IMG/VR virus record: IMGVR_UViG_3300021959_009735
Coordinates: 1 to 60,533 of that record
Reading direction: 5' to 3' (one strand)
Length of the DNA: 60,533 nt
Source: a virus
Taxonomy: Duplodnaviria; Caudoviricetes
The position numbers were made by a program, and so were the translations under genes. Positions 1 through 9,330 of the stretch are shown in pieces (positions within the stretch are counted from its first letter, which is position 1; each line of letters opens with the position of its first letter). Below the pieces are notes generated by a model. That model was given only the letters and a program-made list of their open reading frames with translations, did not search any database and was not told the origin of the DNA.

Positions 1-44
1 TTTGGTTTTAGGTTCCGGTATAAATAGCGGAGAGTATCCAAAAA

Positions 45-67
45 CTATCCAGTTGAGCTACAGGAGC
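45..67 (-). pseudogene. 5' fragment of a tRNA gene (tRNA-Arg-like start), interrupted after the D-loop
   Basis: Minus strand reads GCTCCTGTAGCTCAACTGGATAG (acceptor 5' strand, TA, D-stem GCTC, D-loop GG), then diverges into TTTTTGGATACTC instead of completing the D-stem. Starts 7 nt downstream of the intact tRNA. Confidence 0.55.
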
Positions 68-74
68 ATTTTTG

Positions 75-148
75 TACCCTTGGTAGGAGTCGAACCCACA
101 AACAGCAGACCCTAAATCTACCGGCTTTGCCAATTTGCCTACAAGGGT
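75..148 (-). tRNA. tRNA-Leu(UAG) with short variable loop; CCA not encoded
   Basis: Cloverleaf: acceptor ACCCTTG/CAAGGGT, D-arm GGC-AAATTGGCAAA-GCC, anticodon arm GTAGA-TT TAG GG-TCTGC, variable TGTTT, T-arm GTGGG-TTCGACT-CCTAC, discriminator A. Confidence 0.9.
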
Positions 149-173
149 GTAGTTAAGGCCCTTTTACCAGTTA

Positions 174-202
174 ATAATACGATCAATACCTTTGATAAGC
201 AA
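174..202 (-). promoter_or_regulatory. sigma70-like promoter for the tRNA
   Basis: TTGCTT-17 nt-TATTAT, 25 nt upstream of the tRNA 5' end. Confidence 0.65.
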
Positions 203-242
203 TACTCCTAGAGTAAGAATTGTCAAAGGTAAGATCAAGAAG

Positions 243-539
243 TTAAACATAGTTATCGTTATCAAAAAAGTTATTCAATTCGGAAACAACTTTATCGATT
301 GGAAGATAGCCAGCAACCTGATTATCAGGGTCACAACTACCCGCAAACATGGATGAAGTAACCGTCTCATCTCCTCGAGTAATCATTACTTCAAAAGTAT
401 CTTTCCCATCTCCGTAGGCCATCCCGCCTCCTATGATGGAGACGGAATAACCCTTTAAGTTAAGATGGAATCGGAGGTGATTCATTCCCTTAACCGGAGC
501 CATGTTTGAGAGAATTAGGTCTTTAGTAAACTGTATCAT
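243..539 (-). CDS. hypothetical protein
   Basis: 98-aa ORF abutting the upstream gene on the coding strand. Confidence 0.7.
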   Translation of the reverse strand: MIQFTKDLILSNMAPVKGMNHLRFHLNLKGYSVSIIGGGMAYGDGKDTFEVMITRGDETVTSSMFAGSCDPDNQVAGYLPIDKVVSELNNFFDNDNYV

Positions 540-1382
540 TTAAGCCACCATTTCGAGTGCGTAGTTGAACAATTCCTGATTTACTTTCAGGTCTTTCTCA
601 AAGCTTGCAATTGACCGAACCTTACGAGCTTTCTTTCCTGGGCGAAGAGAAGCAGTAAAGCCTCCATCAACCATAGACTCCTGGACTCGGTTAAAGACTC
701 GCCAGAGATCATCTCCTCGATCTTCTCGACGGATAGGTTCGAGAATTTCTTTGAGCGTATCTTCTGTCACTTCAATATCATGCTTTGTAGATCCAGTAGC
801 GATACCAGAGCGAAGAAGTACTGCCTGAAGAGCAAGATCGTACTGCTCCTGTTCTGTTAAGACACGTTCCTGCATCTTGTTCATGACAGTAACCTGCTCA
901 GGAAGAGCCTCTACAGTCTTGGCTACAATCTCACGAAGCTGGTCAAAGGTATATCCTTTGTGAGGAATACGGAACTTAGCAAAGTCTTCTGTCGAGACAA
1001 CCAATCCGTTAGAGCAAATCATACGGAAGAGTCCGACGTGGAACTTGAAAGCATTGAAGCCATCATGTGAGTTGGTTACAAGTAGCTGAGGATATACTTC
1101 GTCATCTCCGGTGATCTTGATATCCGGATTAGTAAAGACGACCATATGCTTGCTAAAGATCGTGCTATTCTTACGACGCTTACGCATCATAGCTCGAGTC
1201 GGATACCATCCAAGCTCGGCCAAGTCGTCGATGATCGTCTCTGTATCTGCGTGCTGGTATTGCTCGCTAAGGTCAGGATTGGTTGGTGCTTTCTCGAAGG
1301 CAACCGGACATACTTCCCGTACTTCGTCTTTAGACATGAACCGAAGTCCGCCTTCTTGATTCAGTGCTTGCATGTAATGCAT
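540..1382 (-). CDS. DUF932/DUF945-family phage/plasmid protein
   Basis: Motifs NSHDG..AFKFHVGLFRMICSNGLV and DLWRVFNRVQE; AGGAG upstream. Confidence 0.85.
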   Translation of the reverse strand: MHYMQALNQEGGLRFMSKDEVREVCPVAFEKAPTNPDLSEQYQHADTETIIDDLAELGWYPTRAMMRKRRKNSTIFSKHMVVFTNPDIKITGDDEVYPQLLVTNSHDGFNAFKFHVGLFRMICSNGLVVSTEDFAKFRIPHKGYTFDQLREIVAKTVEALPEQVTVMNKMQERVLTEQEQYDLALQAVLLRSGIATGSTKHDIEVTEDTLKEILEPIRREDRGDDLWRVFNRVQESMVDGGFTASLRPGKKARKVRSIASFEKDLKVNQELFNYALEMVA

Positions 1383-1415
1383 TGTAGATCTCCTTTGTTT
1401 TGATTACTTACATAA

Positions 1416-1446
1416 CAAATATAGACCCTAGATAGGTAGGTACCAA
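1416..1446 (-). promoter_or_regulatory. host-RNAP-type promoter
   Basis: TTGGTA-17 nt-TATATT; the extended TATATTTG also fits the Bacteroidota -7 consensus TAnnTTTG. Confidence 0.65.
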
Positions 1447-1472
1447 CTATGTTGTGTAAGTTAAACGAATCT

Positions 1473-1913
1473 TTAACTATAGTACCTAACCTTGACGCCT
1501 GCCTCGTTGAGCATGGTAAGGCTGCGTTGACCGGATTCAAGCCACTTATCCTGATGTGTCACTCTATCTCGCTTGCAGACGATTTCTCTGATGCCGCTAT
1601 TGATGATTCCCCTTGTACAGTCTGCGCATGGAATCTCACAGGATAGGTATATGGTGCATCCTTCGGTACTTGCTCCGATGAGAGCTGCATTGTAGATGGC
1701 GTTACGTTCTGCATGCTCGAACCAGAAATACTTCTCAGGTCTCTCCTGACGCTCTAAAACAGAATCATCTATACCTCTCGGAAAGGAATTGTACCCTGTA
1801 GAGACAATCTCTCTATTACGTCCTACAATTACAGCTCCAATCTGAGTAGATCTGTCTTTGGATTTGAGTTTAACCTGTTCGGCTATATTAAGAAAGTATT
1901 CGTCCCAGTTCAT
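1473..1913 (-). CDS. dCMP deaminase
   Basis: SKDRSTQIGAVIV, TGYN, HAERNAI, PCADC zinc motif. Confidence 0.93.
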   Translation of the reverse strand: MNWDEYFLNIAEQVKLKSKDRSTQIGAVIVGRNREIVSTGYNSFPRGIDDSVLERQERPEKYFWFEHAERNAIYNAALIGASTEGCTIYLSCEIPCADCTRGIINSGIREIVCKRDRVTHQDKWLESGQRSLTMLNEAGVKVRYYS

Positions 1914-2209
1914 GCTTTTTCTTTTATATCTCTAATCAATGTCCAAGTATCGATAGTTCTATCTACCATATCTACTTCTTGGAATCTTTCAAAGGCCGCT
2001 TCGAGTACACTGAGCCAATCTTTCTTAGGTACAACTATCTGGAAAGTATAGTCTACATCTTCTATAGCAATCTGAAATAGCTTGGCTTCTTTCTGACCTT
2101 CTCTGAAAGCTTCCTCTATACTATCGGTAGCTTCTAAGGAATACTTAATAGCTTCTCCAACGAAAGAGTTTCTAAAGTCTTCTGAACTCTCAAACGTAAG
2201 TTCTCTCAT
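1910..2209 (-). CDS. hypothetical protein
   Basis: 99-aa ORF overlapping its neighbours. Confidence 0.7.
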   Translation of the reverse strand: MRELTFESSEDFRNSFVGEAIKYSLEATDSIEEAFREGQKEAKLFQIAIEDVDYTFQIVVPKKDWLSVLEAAFERFQEVDMVDRTIDTWTLIRDIKEKA

Positions 2210-2522
2210 GTTCCTTTTTTCGTTCTTCTGGACGGACAGGATCTGGTCCGTAAATAATTTTGTTAGTACCTTCGTAGGGAACTATATCGTTCGTATGAAA
2301 TACATAGACAGGGCCAAAGTAGTCTACCGTTTCAATAGGATCTCCTTCAAGCCATCGACGGGGTGTACCGCCTACAGGACGAATCAGACGACGAGGTCCA
2401 TCGAAAGATCTAAACTCTCTTTCAGTTACTCTAATCCACTCTCCTAAAATAAAAGCCTCGCATACACTTGATGTATGAAAGTCGTATTCGAGCTTGATAA
2501 GATGTCCAGTCTTTTCTGACAT
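2190..2522 (-). CDS. hypothetical protein
   Basis: 110-aa ORF, EWIRVTEREFRSFDGPRR motif. Confidence 0.7.
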   Translation of the reverse strand: MSEKTGHLIKLEYDFHTSSVCEAFILGEWIRVTEREFRSFDGPRRLIRPVGGTPRRWLEGDPIETVDYFGPVYVFHTNDIVPYEGTNKIIYGPDPVRPEERKKEHERTYV

Positions 2523-2534
2523 GATCTTCTTAAT

Positions 2535-2891
2535 TTACTTCCAAAGGACTTGAATTGCAATAAGGGCCAAGCAAAGGACTAAACTTACTAGAGTCTTTAA
2601 CTCTATGCCTTCGTTGAAATGAAAGTTGACTAAAATAGCATAAAACAGGATTCCTATACTAAAGCCAATAAACCGGGCAGGCCATAGAAGTCCGTCCATT
2701 CCTGCTACAGTATACTTCGTACCCCAAATATAGAAAAACGAAATTATAATTCCTACTGCTGCAACCAGAAAAGTATTCTCTCTAAACCAATCTGTCTTCT
2801 CTAAGAACTGACCATTCAGCTGGTAGAAGGTAAGTAGGTGTGCTATCGAGAAGCTTCCTACTCCAAGTATGATATCGGGTACCTTAATCAA
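2535..2891 (-). CDS. small 4-TM membrane protein (DMT/SMR-like topology)
   Basis: Four hydrophobic segments in 118 aa. Confidence 0.65.
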   Translation of the reverse strand: MIKVPDIILGVGSFSIAHLLTFYQLNGQFLEKTDWFRENTFLVAAVGIIISFFYIWGTKYTVAGMDGLLWPARFIGFSIGILFYAILVNFHFNEGIELKTLVSLVLCLALIAIQVLWK

Positions 2892-2921
2892 CGTAAAACC
2901 TTTTTGTTTAAATCTACGAAC

Positions 2922-3461
2922 CTATCCTTCTAGGTTCAACTCGAAGCCGCCAAATCTTCTCATGTACGATGTCATCGTGACATTGTTACCGTCTCTGGCA
3001 ACCTTACCTGTACGTAGGAATGTCTTGACCTGCTGAGGTCCTACAAGATGTGCTGCTGCAAGCATACCGCTTTCGGTTACCTTGACCCCGTATACCTTTC
3101 TACCTTCGTAGTGTTTGATGTAGTTACGAAGAACGAACTTGTTATGTTCTAGAAGCTTCATCATAGCTTCTTCTTGCAGTTCTGGAGAGTTGAGAAACTC
3201 CTTTCGAGTTACATTGTAGCCAAGTCCTCTAAGAGTATCTCTACCGAACTGGTACCTGCCCATATAGCCGTATCGGTTTATTACCCAGTACCTATTTCCG
3301 GACTCTTGATATCCAAGAGCATCCAGGAACAAGGTAAGCTCACTTGGTGGCTGTTCTACTTGAGCAACAAGCTCTATAGTAGAATCGGCTCCAGTGGATA
3401 CTGATCCGGGGGTAATGAACGCAAGGGACAGTACCCATGCAACAATAAATGTTCTGTTCAT
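2922..3461 (-). CDS. exported lysozyme/transglycosylase-like peptidoglycan hydrolase
   Basis: N-terminal signal/TM; ALGYQESGNRY..N.YGYMGRYQFG (catalytic ES); AAAHLVG. Confidence 0.7.
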   Translation of the reverse strand: MNRTFIVAWVLSLAFITPGSVSTGADSTIELVAQVEQPPSELTLFLDALGYQESGNRYWVINRYGYMGRYQFGRDTLRGLGYNVTRKEFLNSPELQEEAMMKLLEHNKFVLRNYIKHYEGRKVYGVKVTESGMLAAAHLVGPQQVKTFLRTGKVARDGNNVTMTSYMRRFGGFELNLEG

Positions 3462-3483
3462 GTCTCTTACCGTCTAGTCTTAT

Positions 3484-3512
3484 AGTATAAGAAAGTTAAT
3501 GGCAGGAGGCAA
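3484..3512 (-). promoter_or_regulatory. sigma70-like promoter
   Basis: TTGCCT-17 nt-TATACT upstream of 2922..3461. Confidence 0.65.
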
Positions 3513-3520
3513 CTAGTTGA

Positions 3521-3673
3521 TTAAAACATATCAAGGAACCTGGGGTTGATCTTCTTCTCTCTAAGCTTCTCATTAAGCTCATGCTGCTTTACAAGCTGGT
3601 CGGCTACCTTTCTTTCGAGAGGCTTTCTACGCTTTCCTTTGAGTTCAGGTCGTTTTGGTTTCTTGTCTTCCAT
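3521..3673 (-). CDS. small basic protein, 50 aa (not in ORF track)
   Basis: MEDKKPKRPELKGKRRKPLERKVADQLVKQHELNEKLREKKINPRFLDMF; fills the gap; TATTTATA motif 4 nt upstream. Confidence 0.7.
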   Translation of the reverse strand: MEDKKPKRPELKGKRRKPLERKVADQLVKQHELNEKLREKKINPRFLDMF

Positions 3674-3689
3674 ATACTATAAATAGTAA

Positions 3690-4325
3690 CTAAACTTTAT
3701 AGGCTATGAATTCAGATCCAGATGGTGCAGTATCTTCATACAGATTTAGATCCCTTAGGTGGTCAATCATGTATTCATCTAGCTCCCAATCGGGTTCTAC
3801 CTTGTTCGGTTCTTCTTGATAATTCTCCATAGCATGAAGTTCTCTTCCTGAGAAGATATCTCCAACGTACAGAAAGTAACAATTGTAGCAAAGCAGTCCA
3901 AGATTGCTTAGCTGAAAGTTTATCTTGTCTCCATCTTTGAAATGGAGAATGAGAGGAGCTCTAGCATCAACTAGCCTTTGTTCTGTAAAGCCGCAATGGT
4001 GGCATTTCTCTTCGAGCAGACCTTCAGAGATAATCCTCTCCTTAAGTCTCTTTCGATCTACATACTTACTAGGTACTCTTCCTTCAATAATGTCCTCCAA
4101 AGGAGATTCCTCTCCTGCAAACTTTGGAATACCTTTACCGGCTTGGTTAAGATGAAGTTCGAATAAAGACTTTCCAGACTCTTCATCTTTATACATCTTA
4201 GCATACTTCTTATAGTGATTATAAGAAACATGAAGATATCGAGACGCTGCCTTGTTGGACTTCGTTCTAGCCTGAGCTGCTAAGATCTGCTCTTTGGTTA
4301 TTATTTTCTTTGGACGTCCTGCCAC
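3690..4325 (-). CDS. HTH + HNH-like domain protein
   Basis: N-terminal HTH-like segment; CHHCG..LILHFKDGDKINFQLSNLGLLCYNC. Confidence 0.75.
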   Translation of the reverse strand: MAGRPKKIITKEQILAAQARTKSNKAASRYLHVSYNHYKKYAKMYKDEESGKSLFELHLNQAGKGIPKFAGEESPLEDIIEGRVPSKYVDRKRLKERIISEGLLEEKCHHCGFTEQRLVDARAPLILHFKDGDKINFQLSNLGLLCYNCYFLYVGDIFSGRELHAMENYQEEPNKVEPDWELDEYMIDHLRDLNLYEDTAPSGSEFIAYKV

Positions 4326-4648
4326 TAGTCATCATCTTCAGAAGAACTTTGGATGTACGCTTCCTTACCTGTTGTAGATTCATCGTCATCTTCAAAACTT
4401 ACAATCTTTTTAGGAATCGTTCTAGGCTTTTTATGTCCTCTAGTTGATTCCAGACTAGTGATAGCTTCATACGCCTCTCTTTCCAATACTTCTATTTCGG
4501 TATGGATCTCTTCTCCTACCCCATAGGTTACCATTCTACCAGCTTTTGCTGTAACACTCGAGCATGCTACACAGGTAGTTGTATTAGGAAGGGCTTCCAA
4601 ACGTCCTGCAGGAATATCATTCCCGCATTTCACACATAACTTAGTCAT
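4325..4648 (-). CDS. TraR/DksA C4-type zinc finger protein
   Basis: CVKCGNDIPAGRLEALPNTTTCVAC. Confidence 0.85.
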   Translation of the reverse strand: MTKLCVKCGNDIPAGRLEALPNTTTCVACSSVTAKAGRMVTYGVGEEIHTEIEVLEREAYEAITSLESTRGHKKPRTIPKKIVSFEDDDESTTGKEAYIQSSSEDDD

Positions 4649-4651
4649 TCG

Positions 4652-5056
4652 TTATCCTAGCTTGTTTACTATTTTCCAAAGATCCTCTGGTGTTTTCAGA
4701 GGGTGTTCTTCTTTTTTACTCTGTACTTCTATCTCAACAACTCCATTGAAGTCTTCGTTCAAAGGAGCTTGATATACATAGTACATGATTAGCGAATGTT
4801 GCTCTTTATTAAAATGTAAGCTGAATAGGTTGTTGATTATGATAAGGAATTTCTCTTCATAGGTTGTTAGATCAATTCCTAATTCCTCTATTGCAAAAGC
4901 ACTTTCATCCTCTATCTGACGGAGGAGTTCGATGCACTGAATGAATAGTTTCTTCTCCAAAACTTCTTTTCCAAGTTCTTTTTTACGTACGGTTACCTTT
5001 CCTCCTATAGAGGAAATAATAATTTTACGAACTTCTCTAGGTGTTATCGTCCCCAT
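4652..5056 (-). CDS. hypothetical protein
   Basis: 134-aa ORF in operon context. Confidence 0.7.
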   Translation of the reverse strand: MGTITPREVRKIIISSIGGKVTVRKKELGKEVLEKKLFIQCIELLRQIEDESAFAIEELGIDLTTYEEKFLIIINNLFSLHFNKEQHSLIMYYVYQAPLNEDFNGVVEIEVQSKKEEHPLKTPEDLWKIVNKLG

Positions 5057-5405
5057 TTGCTACCCCCTTAAGAGCTTGTCTGATAATTCTGTCAATGTAT
5101 TCGATGTAGATGAAGAACCCGATAATTGTCTTATCTTTTAGGTTTCTATCTCTTTCAATTCGAATGCCATGCTTCGACAGACCATCCTCTAGCTTTGCTC
5201 CAAGTGCGATAGCAATGTCGTCTTGCTCAGTTTTGGTCAGTTGTCCAAAGTCTACAGGAAGAAACTGTACTTTGACTCCTTTCTTGTTTGGGTCTTCATT
5301 TACATCTACCTTCAGATAAAATTGATGACCCATAAAGTTTATTTTCACTGCCTCATTGAGTACAGTTTTGATTTCCTTCAAAAGGTATTCTCTAGCTTTA
5401 GACAT
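5037..5405 (-). CDS. hypothetical protein (start reassigned to MSKARE)
   Basis: ATG at 5405 lies just downstream of the TATTTATA motif at 5422-5429. Confidence 0.7.
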   Translation of the reverse strand: MSKAREYLLKEIKTVLNEAVKINFMGHQFYLKVDVNEDPNKKGVKVQFLPVDFGQLTKTEQDDIAIALGAKLEDGLSKHGIRIERDRNLKDKTIIGFFIYIEYIDRIIRQALKGVANGDDNT

Positions 5406-5430
5406 AGTTTGATAGGTTTTATATAAATAG

Positions 5431-5625
5431 TTACCCAAGTAAAAGACCGTTGCCGGAAACCGGACTGCTCTCTAGGATGTCGAAATGACTAACGTGGCGA
5501 GTTCGACGATACTCTTCCATGAGCTTATCAAAATCATCAGTAACCCATTCAACTACTCTAGTATGCGTCTCTCCTTGGCTATCAAATACCTCAAGCTTTA
5601 CTACGTATTTCTTTTTATTTTTCAT
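5431..5625 (-). CDS. hypothetical protein
   Basis: 64-aa ORF; TTGATT-17-TATATT promoter-like element at 5646-5674. Confidence 0.65.
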   Translation of the reverse strand: MKNKKKYVVKLEVFDSQGETHTRVVEWVTDDFDKLMEEYRRTRHVSHFDILESSPVSGNGLLLG

Positions 5626-5627
5626 AA

Positions 5628-6824
5628 TTAATCGAATAGGTTCTTAATATAAATAAGATCTTTTTTAGAATCAACTATCTGTCTAACTTCTATGATAAAG
5701 TTTTGAACTTTGAATTTGCTTCCTGTGTTACCTTGAGCATGGATGATATCTGGGAGTTGGTTTAGGATAGCAAAGTCTTGACCAGAGAAGGTCTTACCGT
5801 CGAGACGGTATATTATATCTCCTGTCTCTAGATCCTCTTCTTTATCTAATACTCTGTAGAGGAGTTGACTGTCCGTATTTTCCTGCTCCTTCTCAATATA
5901 AGGTCCAATAAGATTACTATCTACATAGATTCTATTACACCAAGGTTCTAGTGCTTCAAGTAGGTCAGGGGTTGCGTTTTCTAATACAATAGATGTATCT
6001 AGTTTAGGGCTGGTGATAGGTTCCATCATTGCTGTATGCTTTACTCCTGTTCCCCATTTGCGAATAAATTCACGAGTAGAGTTGTTCATCAGCTTTTGCC
6101 ACTCTTTATCTTTTTCACCTTGAACAGAGCCGTGCTGGAACTGTCCGCCTCGTCCTGTAAAGTGGTATACTAAAGAGCTCCATACCTGTCTAAACTCAAA
6201 ACCAGCTAACGAAAGTCTATTAAAGACATCAGAATCTTCTCGGGCAGATTTAAGAGCCGGGTCATGGCCTCCAATCTTTCTGTAGTCATCTTTGTACATC
6301 ATCCATGGAGCAAACACTCCACCTGTTACTCTCGTATCATTTAAGCTACCCTCAACAAATGCGTTGAAGCCTTTTTCTACAAACTCCTCTGGCCAAATGC
6401 CGAATGCTCGAATAATCTTTTCTCCGGCATTAGGATGAAGAGGAGGTTCGACTCTTGTAGAGCAGACTACCTTACCTTTTTCAAGCTGTTCGAATGCCTT
6501 TAAGTCAGCATCTTTTCCTAAAACCATATCAGCGTGGAAGATGCTAAAGATCTCTGTCTCACTATTGTAGATTAGGTAATCATAGGCTTTACCTATCCCA
6601 AATAATTTAGATCCTAAAAAAGGATTAATGTGAATATCGAGATCATACTTCTCTTTATTCTCTCTGAGCCATTTTACGGTACTGCGTTCTTCATCATCAG
6701 CATCTACAAAAACAGAGATAGCATGATCAAAGCGATGAGCATTATCTCGGATAGAAGGAATACAGAGCTTGAGATACTCTAGGTTATTCTTGCTCGGTAT
6801 ACAGTATGTAATTTTAGGTATCAT
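5628..6824 (-). CDS. glycosyltransferase family 2
   Basis: ITYCIPSKNN, FHADMV (DxD-like), GGHD..AREDSD, VYHF. Confidence 0.88.
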   Translation of the reverse strand: MIPKITYCIPSKNNLEYLKLCIPSIRDNAHRFDHAISVFVDADDEERSTVKWLRENKEKYDLDIHINPFLGSKLFGIGKAYDYLIYNSETEIFSIFHADMVLGKDADLKAFEQLEKGKVVCSTRVEPPLHPNAGEKIIRAFGIWPEEFVEKGFNAFVEGSLNDTRVTGGVFAPWMMYKDDYRKIGGHDPALKSAREDSDVFNRLSLAGFEFRQVWSSLVYHFTGRGGQFQHGSVQGEKDKEWQKLMNNSTREFIRKWGTGVKHTAMMEPITSPKLDTSIVLENATPDLLEALEPWCNRIYVDSNLIGPYIEKEQENTDSQLLYRVLDKEEDLETGDIIYRLDGKTFSGQDFAILNQLPDIIHAQGNTGSKFKVQNFIIEVRQIVDSKKDLIYIKNLFD

Positions 6825-7020
6825 AAGTCTTGTTTAGTTCATCTAGGTCTTTCTTAAGGCGGTCTAATGTTTTTTCTATAGTATAAATTCTACCCTTCAC
6901 GGTGGTTATAATGCTGTCTAGCTTCTCTTCCTTACCCTGCTCGCAGTTACAGAAGACAAACTCACCGTAAGCATCCTTATACGTTCCTCTATCTCTACAC
7001 TTTAAACATGCTACAGTCAT
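6814..7020 (-). CDS. small Zn-finger/coiled-coil protein
   Basis: CLKCRDRG..FCNC; AGGAG before the ATG at 7020. Confidence 0.65.
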   Translation of the reverse strand: MTVACLKCRDRGTYKDAYGEFVFCNCEQGKEEKLDSIITTVKGRIYTIEKTLDRLKKDLDELNKTYDT

Positions 7021-7886
7021 AGTATCTCCTTTCCTACCAAGCCGCAAATCATTCCGTAAGAATCAAATTTAGGAAGTCTTCCCCATTTTTCCAACCACTT
7101 CTTTATATTTTCTCTCTCGGCTTTAACTTGACGTTCTGAGCTTTGTCCGTTGTTCTCTTCGAGTCTATGACTTCCTCTAGCTCCAAAATGCCATACAACC
7201 GATTTAGTAGGCATTACAAACCTGATGTTCTGCTGAAGCATTCGAAGGAACAAGTCATGGTCGTCCCAACTTGCCGGAGCAAATCTTGGATCGTTTCCTC
7301 CTACTTCATCCCAAACATCCTTACGAATTAGTCCACTAACTCCTTCTCCCTTAGGTATCTCGGTATTCGGATTCATCTCTTTAAGCTGAGTGGCCCATTC
7401 CTCAAACCTGCTAGCATCAAAAGTATTCCAATATCCTCCGAAAGCATCAGGAGGTACAAGAGCAGTCCCTACTCTATCTGGAGAGTTAAACATGTTAGGT
7501 TCTACCCTGAAGGAGTTTACCCAAAGCTTTTCTTTCGGATACTTCTCGTGAACCTCTAATAGTCGGATATCCCAATCTTTGGTGACGTAAAAATCAGAAT
7601 GTAGAAAGTTAATAAACTTAGTCTGTACCTTGTCAGCACAGAAGTTCATGGATCCGCCAATCCCCTTGACGTTAGGATAGGTATCCTTTTCAGTGTATAC
7701 TTCTAAATTGAACCTGCTATGATTATTTTCTAACCATTCATTAGTACCATCTGTACAGTTCTCTGCGTGAATAACAAACGGTGCGTCTTTAAAGTAGCTA
7801 TTTTTGCGTACCGATTCTACTGCTATCTTTAAGTAATTGAGGTTATTGTACGTCCCTATACAGTGTGTTAATATGTGCTTTTTCAT
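7017..7886 (-). CDS. glycosyltransferase family 2
   Basis: IGTYNNLNYLK, ENCTDGT, FLHSDF, GGNDPRFAPASWDDHDLFLR. Confidence 0.9.
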   Translation of the reverse strand: MKKHILTHCIGTYNNLNYLKIAVESVRKNSYFKDAPFVIHAENCTDGTNEWLENNHSRFNLEVYTEKDTYPNVKGIGGSMNFCADKVQTKFINFLHSDFYVTKDWDIRLLEVHEKYPKEKLWVNSFRVEPNMFNSPDRVGTALVPPDAFGGYWNTFDASRFEEWATQLKEMNPNTEIPKGEGVSGLIRKDVWDEVGGNDPRFAPASWDDHDLFLRMLQQNIRFVMPTKSVVWHFGARGSHRLEENNGQSSERQVKAERENIKKWLEKWGRLPKFDSYGMICGLVGKEIL

Positions 7887-8539
7887 ATATCCAAAATCTC
7901 TACTGCTACTTGACAAATTGTAGTTCTAGCTAAAAACCGGTACTTAAATGAATCTAACCTAGCCTCACAGAACTCCATAAATGCTCTATATTCATGCATC
8001 CTATTATATATGTATTGAGGGTGGTCAGGAAAATGAGTTAGTTCATCAAACAGTAAAATAGTTCCAGGTACAAGAAGAGATGTAATGTTCTCAAGGACAA
8101 ATTTGGTAGAGGAGTAAAGATCAGCGTCCAGATGTATTATTTTTGCATACCAATTTTTATTCTTTTCTACGAATGTTGGAAGTGTGTCTTGAAATAAACC
8201 TACTTCAAATTCAACTTCTGGGAAATTGTTAATTATATTCTGAGGTGGTTTTCCGTTTGTAGAAAAGTGGCCCTGTGGGATTGTATGTTCCCCTAAGTCC
8301 CAACTTTCCGGAAGTCCGAAAAAGCTATCAAATCCTACTAATCTCGTTTCAGGATAGTTTGTACTAAACCATCCTATAGACGATCCGGAAGCAACTCCAA
8401 ATTCTAAAATAAACCCTCCAGTTAAAGTTACCGGCTTAACATACCTCTCCCACATCTTTTTACGGGCCCTTGGATTGGCTATCACCGGTACCTTTTCCAG
8501 TTGTTTCTCAAAAGGCGTATAAGATATAAGCTCCACCAT
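7883..8539 (-). CDS. SAM-dependent O-methyltransferase (TylF/MycF-like)
   Basis: LEFGVASG, GFDSFFGLPE, GLFQDTLP, HLDADLYSST, LFDEL. Confidence 0.85.
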   Translation of the reverse strand: MVELISYTPFEKQLEKVPVIANPRARKKMWERYVKPVTLTGGFILEFGVASGSSIGWFSTNYPETRLVGFDSFFGLPESWDLGEHTIPQGHFSTNGKPPQNIINNFPEVEFEVGLFQDTLPTFVEKNKNWYAKIIHLDADLYSSTKFVLENITSLLVPGTILLFDELTHFPDHPQYIYNRMHEYRAFMEFCEARLDSFKYRFLARTTICQVAVEILDI

Positions 8540-9330
8540 TACTCGACCTGTGCCTCTTTTTCCCAGTTAATAAAATACGACATCCATTTTTCCTCTGCGT
8601 GAGTTGAGAAAGAGGGAATAGGGCTTAAAAGGTATTTTCTCTTCTCCTTGAGCATTTTAAATGTACTACCTCCCATAGGAAGGGGCTTACCTGTATGTAA
8701 CTTAACCATATCCTCGTAGTCCTCTAAAAGATTTTTAGAGCTTGTAGCCCAGGTCATTGTTGTACTGCTTGTCCGTTTCCAATGAACGCTGGTTGAAATG
8801 TACACCCTGGTTTGCTCTCCCTTTGCGTAAAGGTGTTTCGGATATCTAACTCCTTCAGGGCTCTCCAGATCTACTCTTCCGTGTCCCCATTCGTATCTCT
8901 TATCTTTTAGATTTTGATACTTATCCGGATGATCGTAAAGGGTGACGTAATCGGCTTTTAGGTCCACAAAAGCTTCTCTCAAGATATGAGCCGCTCCTCT
9001 ACGATGAATATAATCATCCTCTACAAAGTAAAAAATGATTTCTTCTCTGCGGCTCTCCTCTACTTGTTCCAGAAGATTTTTGGCCAGTTCAAGGCTTGCA
9101 AGAAAGGTTCCTGTATTCCCGTTTTGACTTAGAAATACTTTCTCTTTATCGGCATACTTACATACCATGTTGTATGTCTCTTCCTCAACCTTGTCACAGA
9201 TAACATAAAGATTCTCTTTACCGAACTCCCTAACGAAGTTCTTTAGACAGTTTTCTTTAGAGGCGTACTCGGGCTTAACTTTTTCTGGATTGCTAAAATC
9301 GCTAATCCTATAAATCGGAACAATTGTCAT
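8539..9330 (-). CDS. putative GT-A fold glycosyltransferase
   Basis: YFVEDDYIH and VTLYDHPDKY motifs; island context. Confidence 0.7.
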   Translation of the reverse strand: MTIVPIYRISDFSNPEKVKPEYASKENCLKNFVREFGKENLYVICDKVEEETYNMVCKYADKEKVFLSQNGNTGTFLASLELAKNLLEQVEESRREEIIFYFVEDDYIHRRGAAHILREAFVDLKADYVTLYDHPDKYQNLKDKRYEWGHGRVDLESPEGVRYPKHLYAKGEQTRVYISTSVHWKRTSSTTMTWATSSKNLLEDYEDMVKLHTGKPLPMGGSTFKMLKEKRKYLLSPIPSFSTHAEEKWMSYFINWEKEAQVE

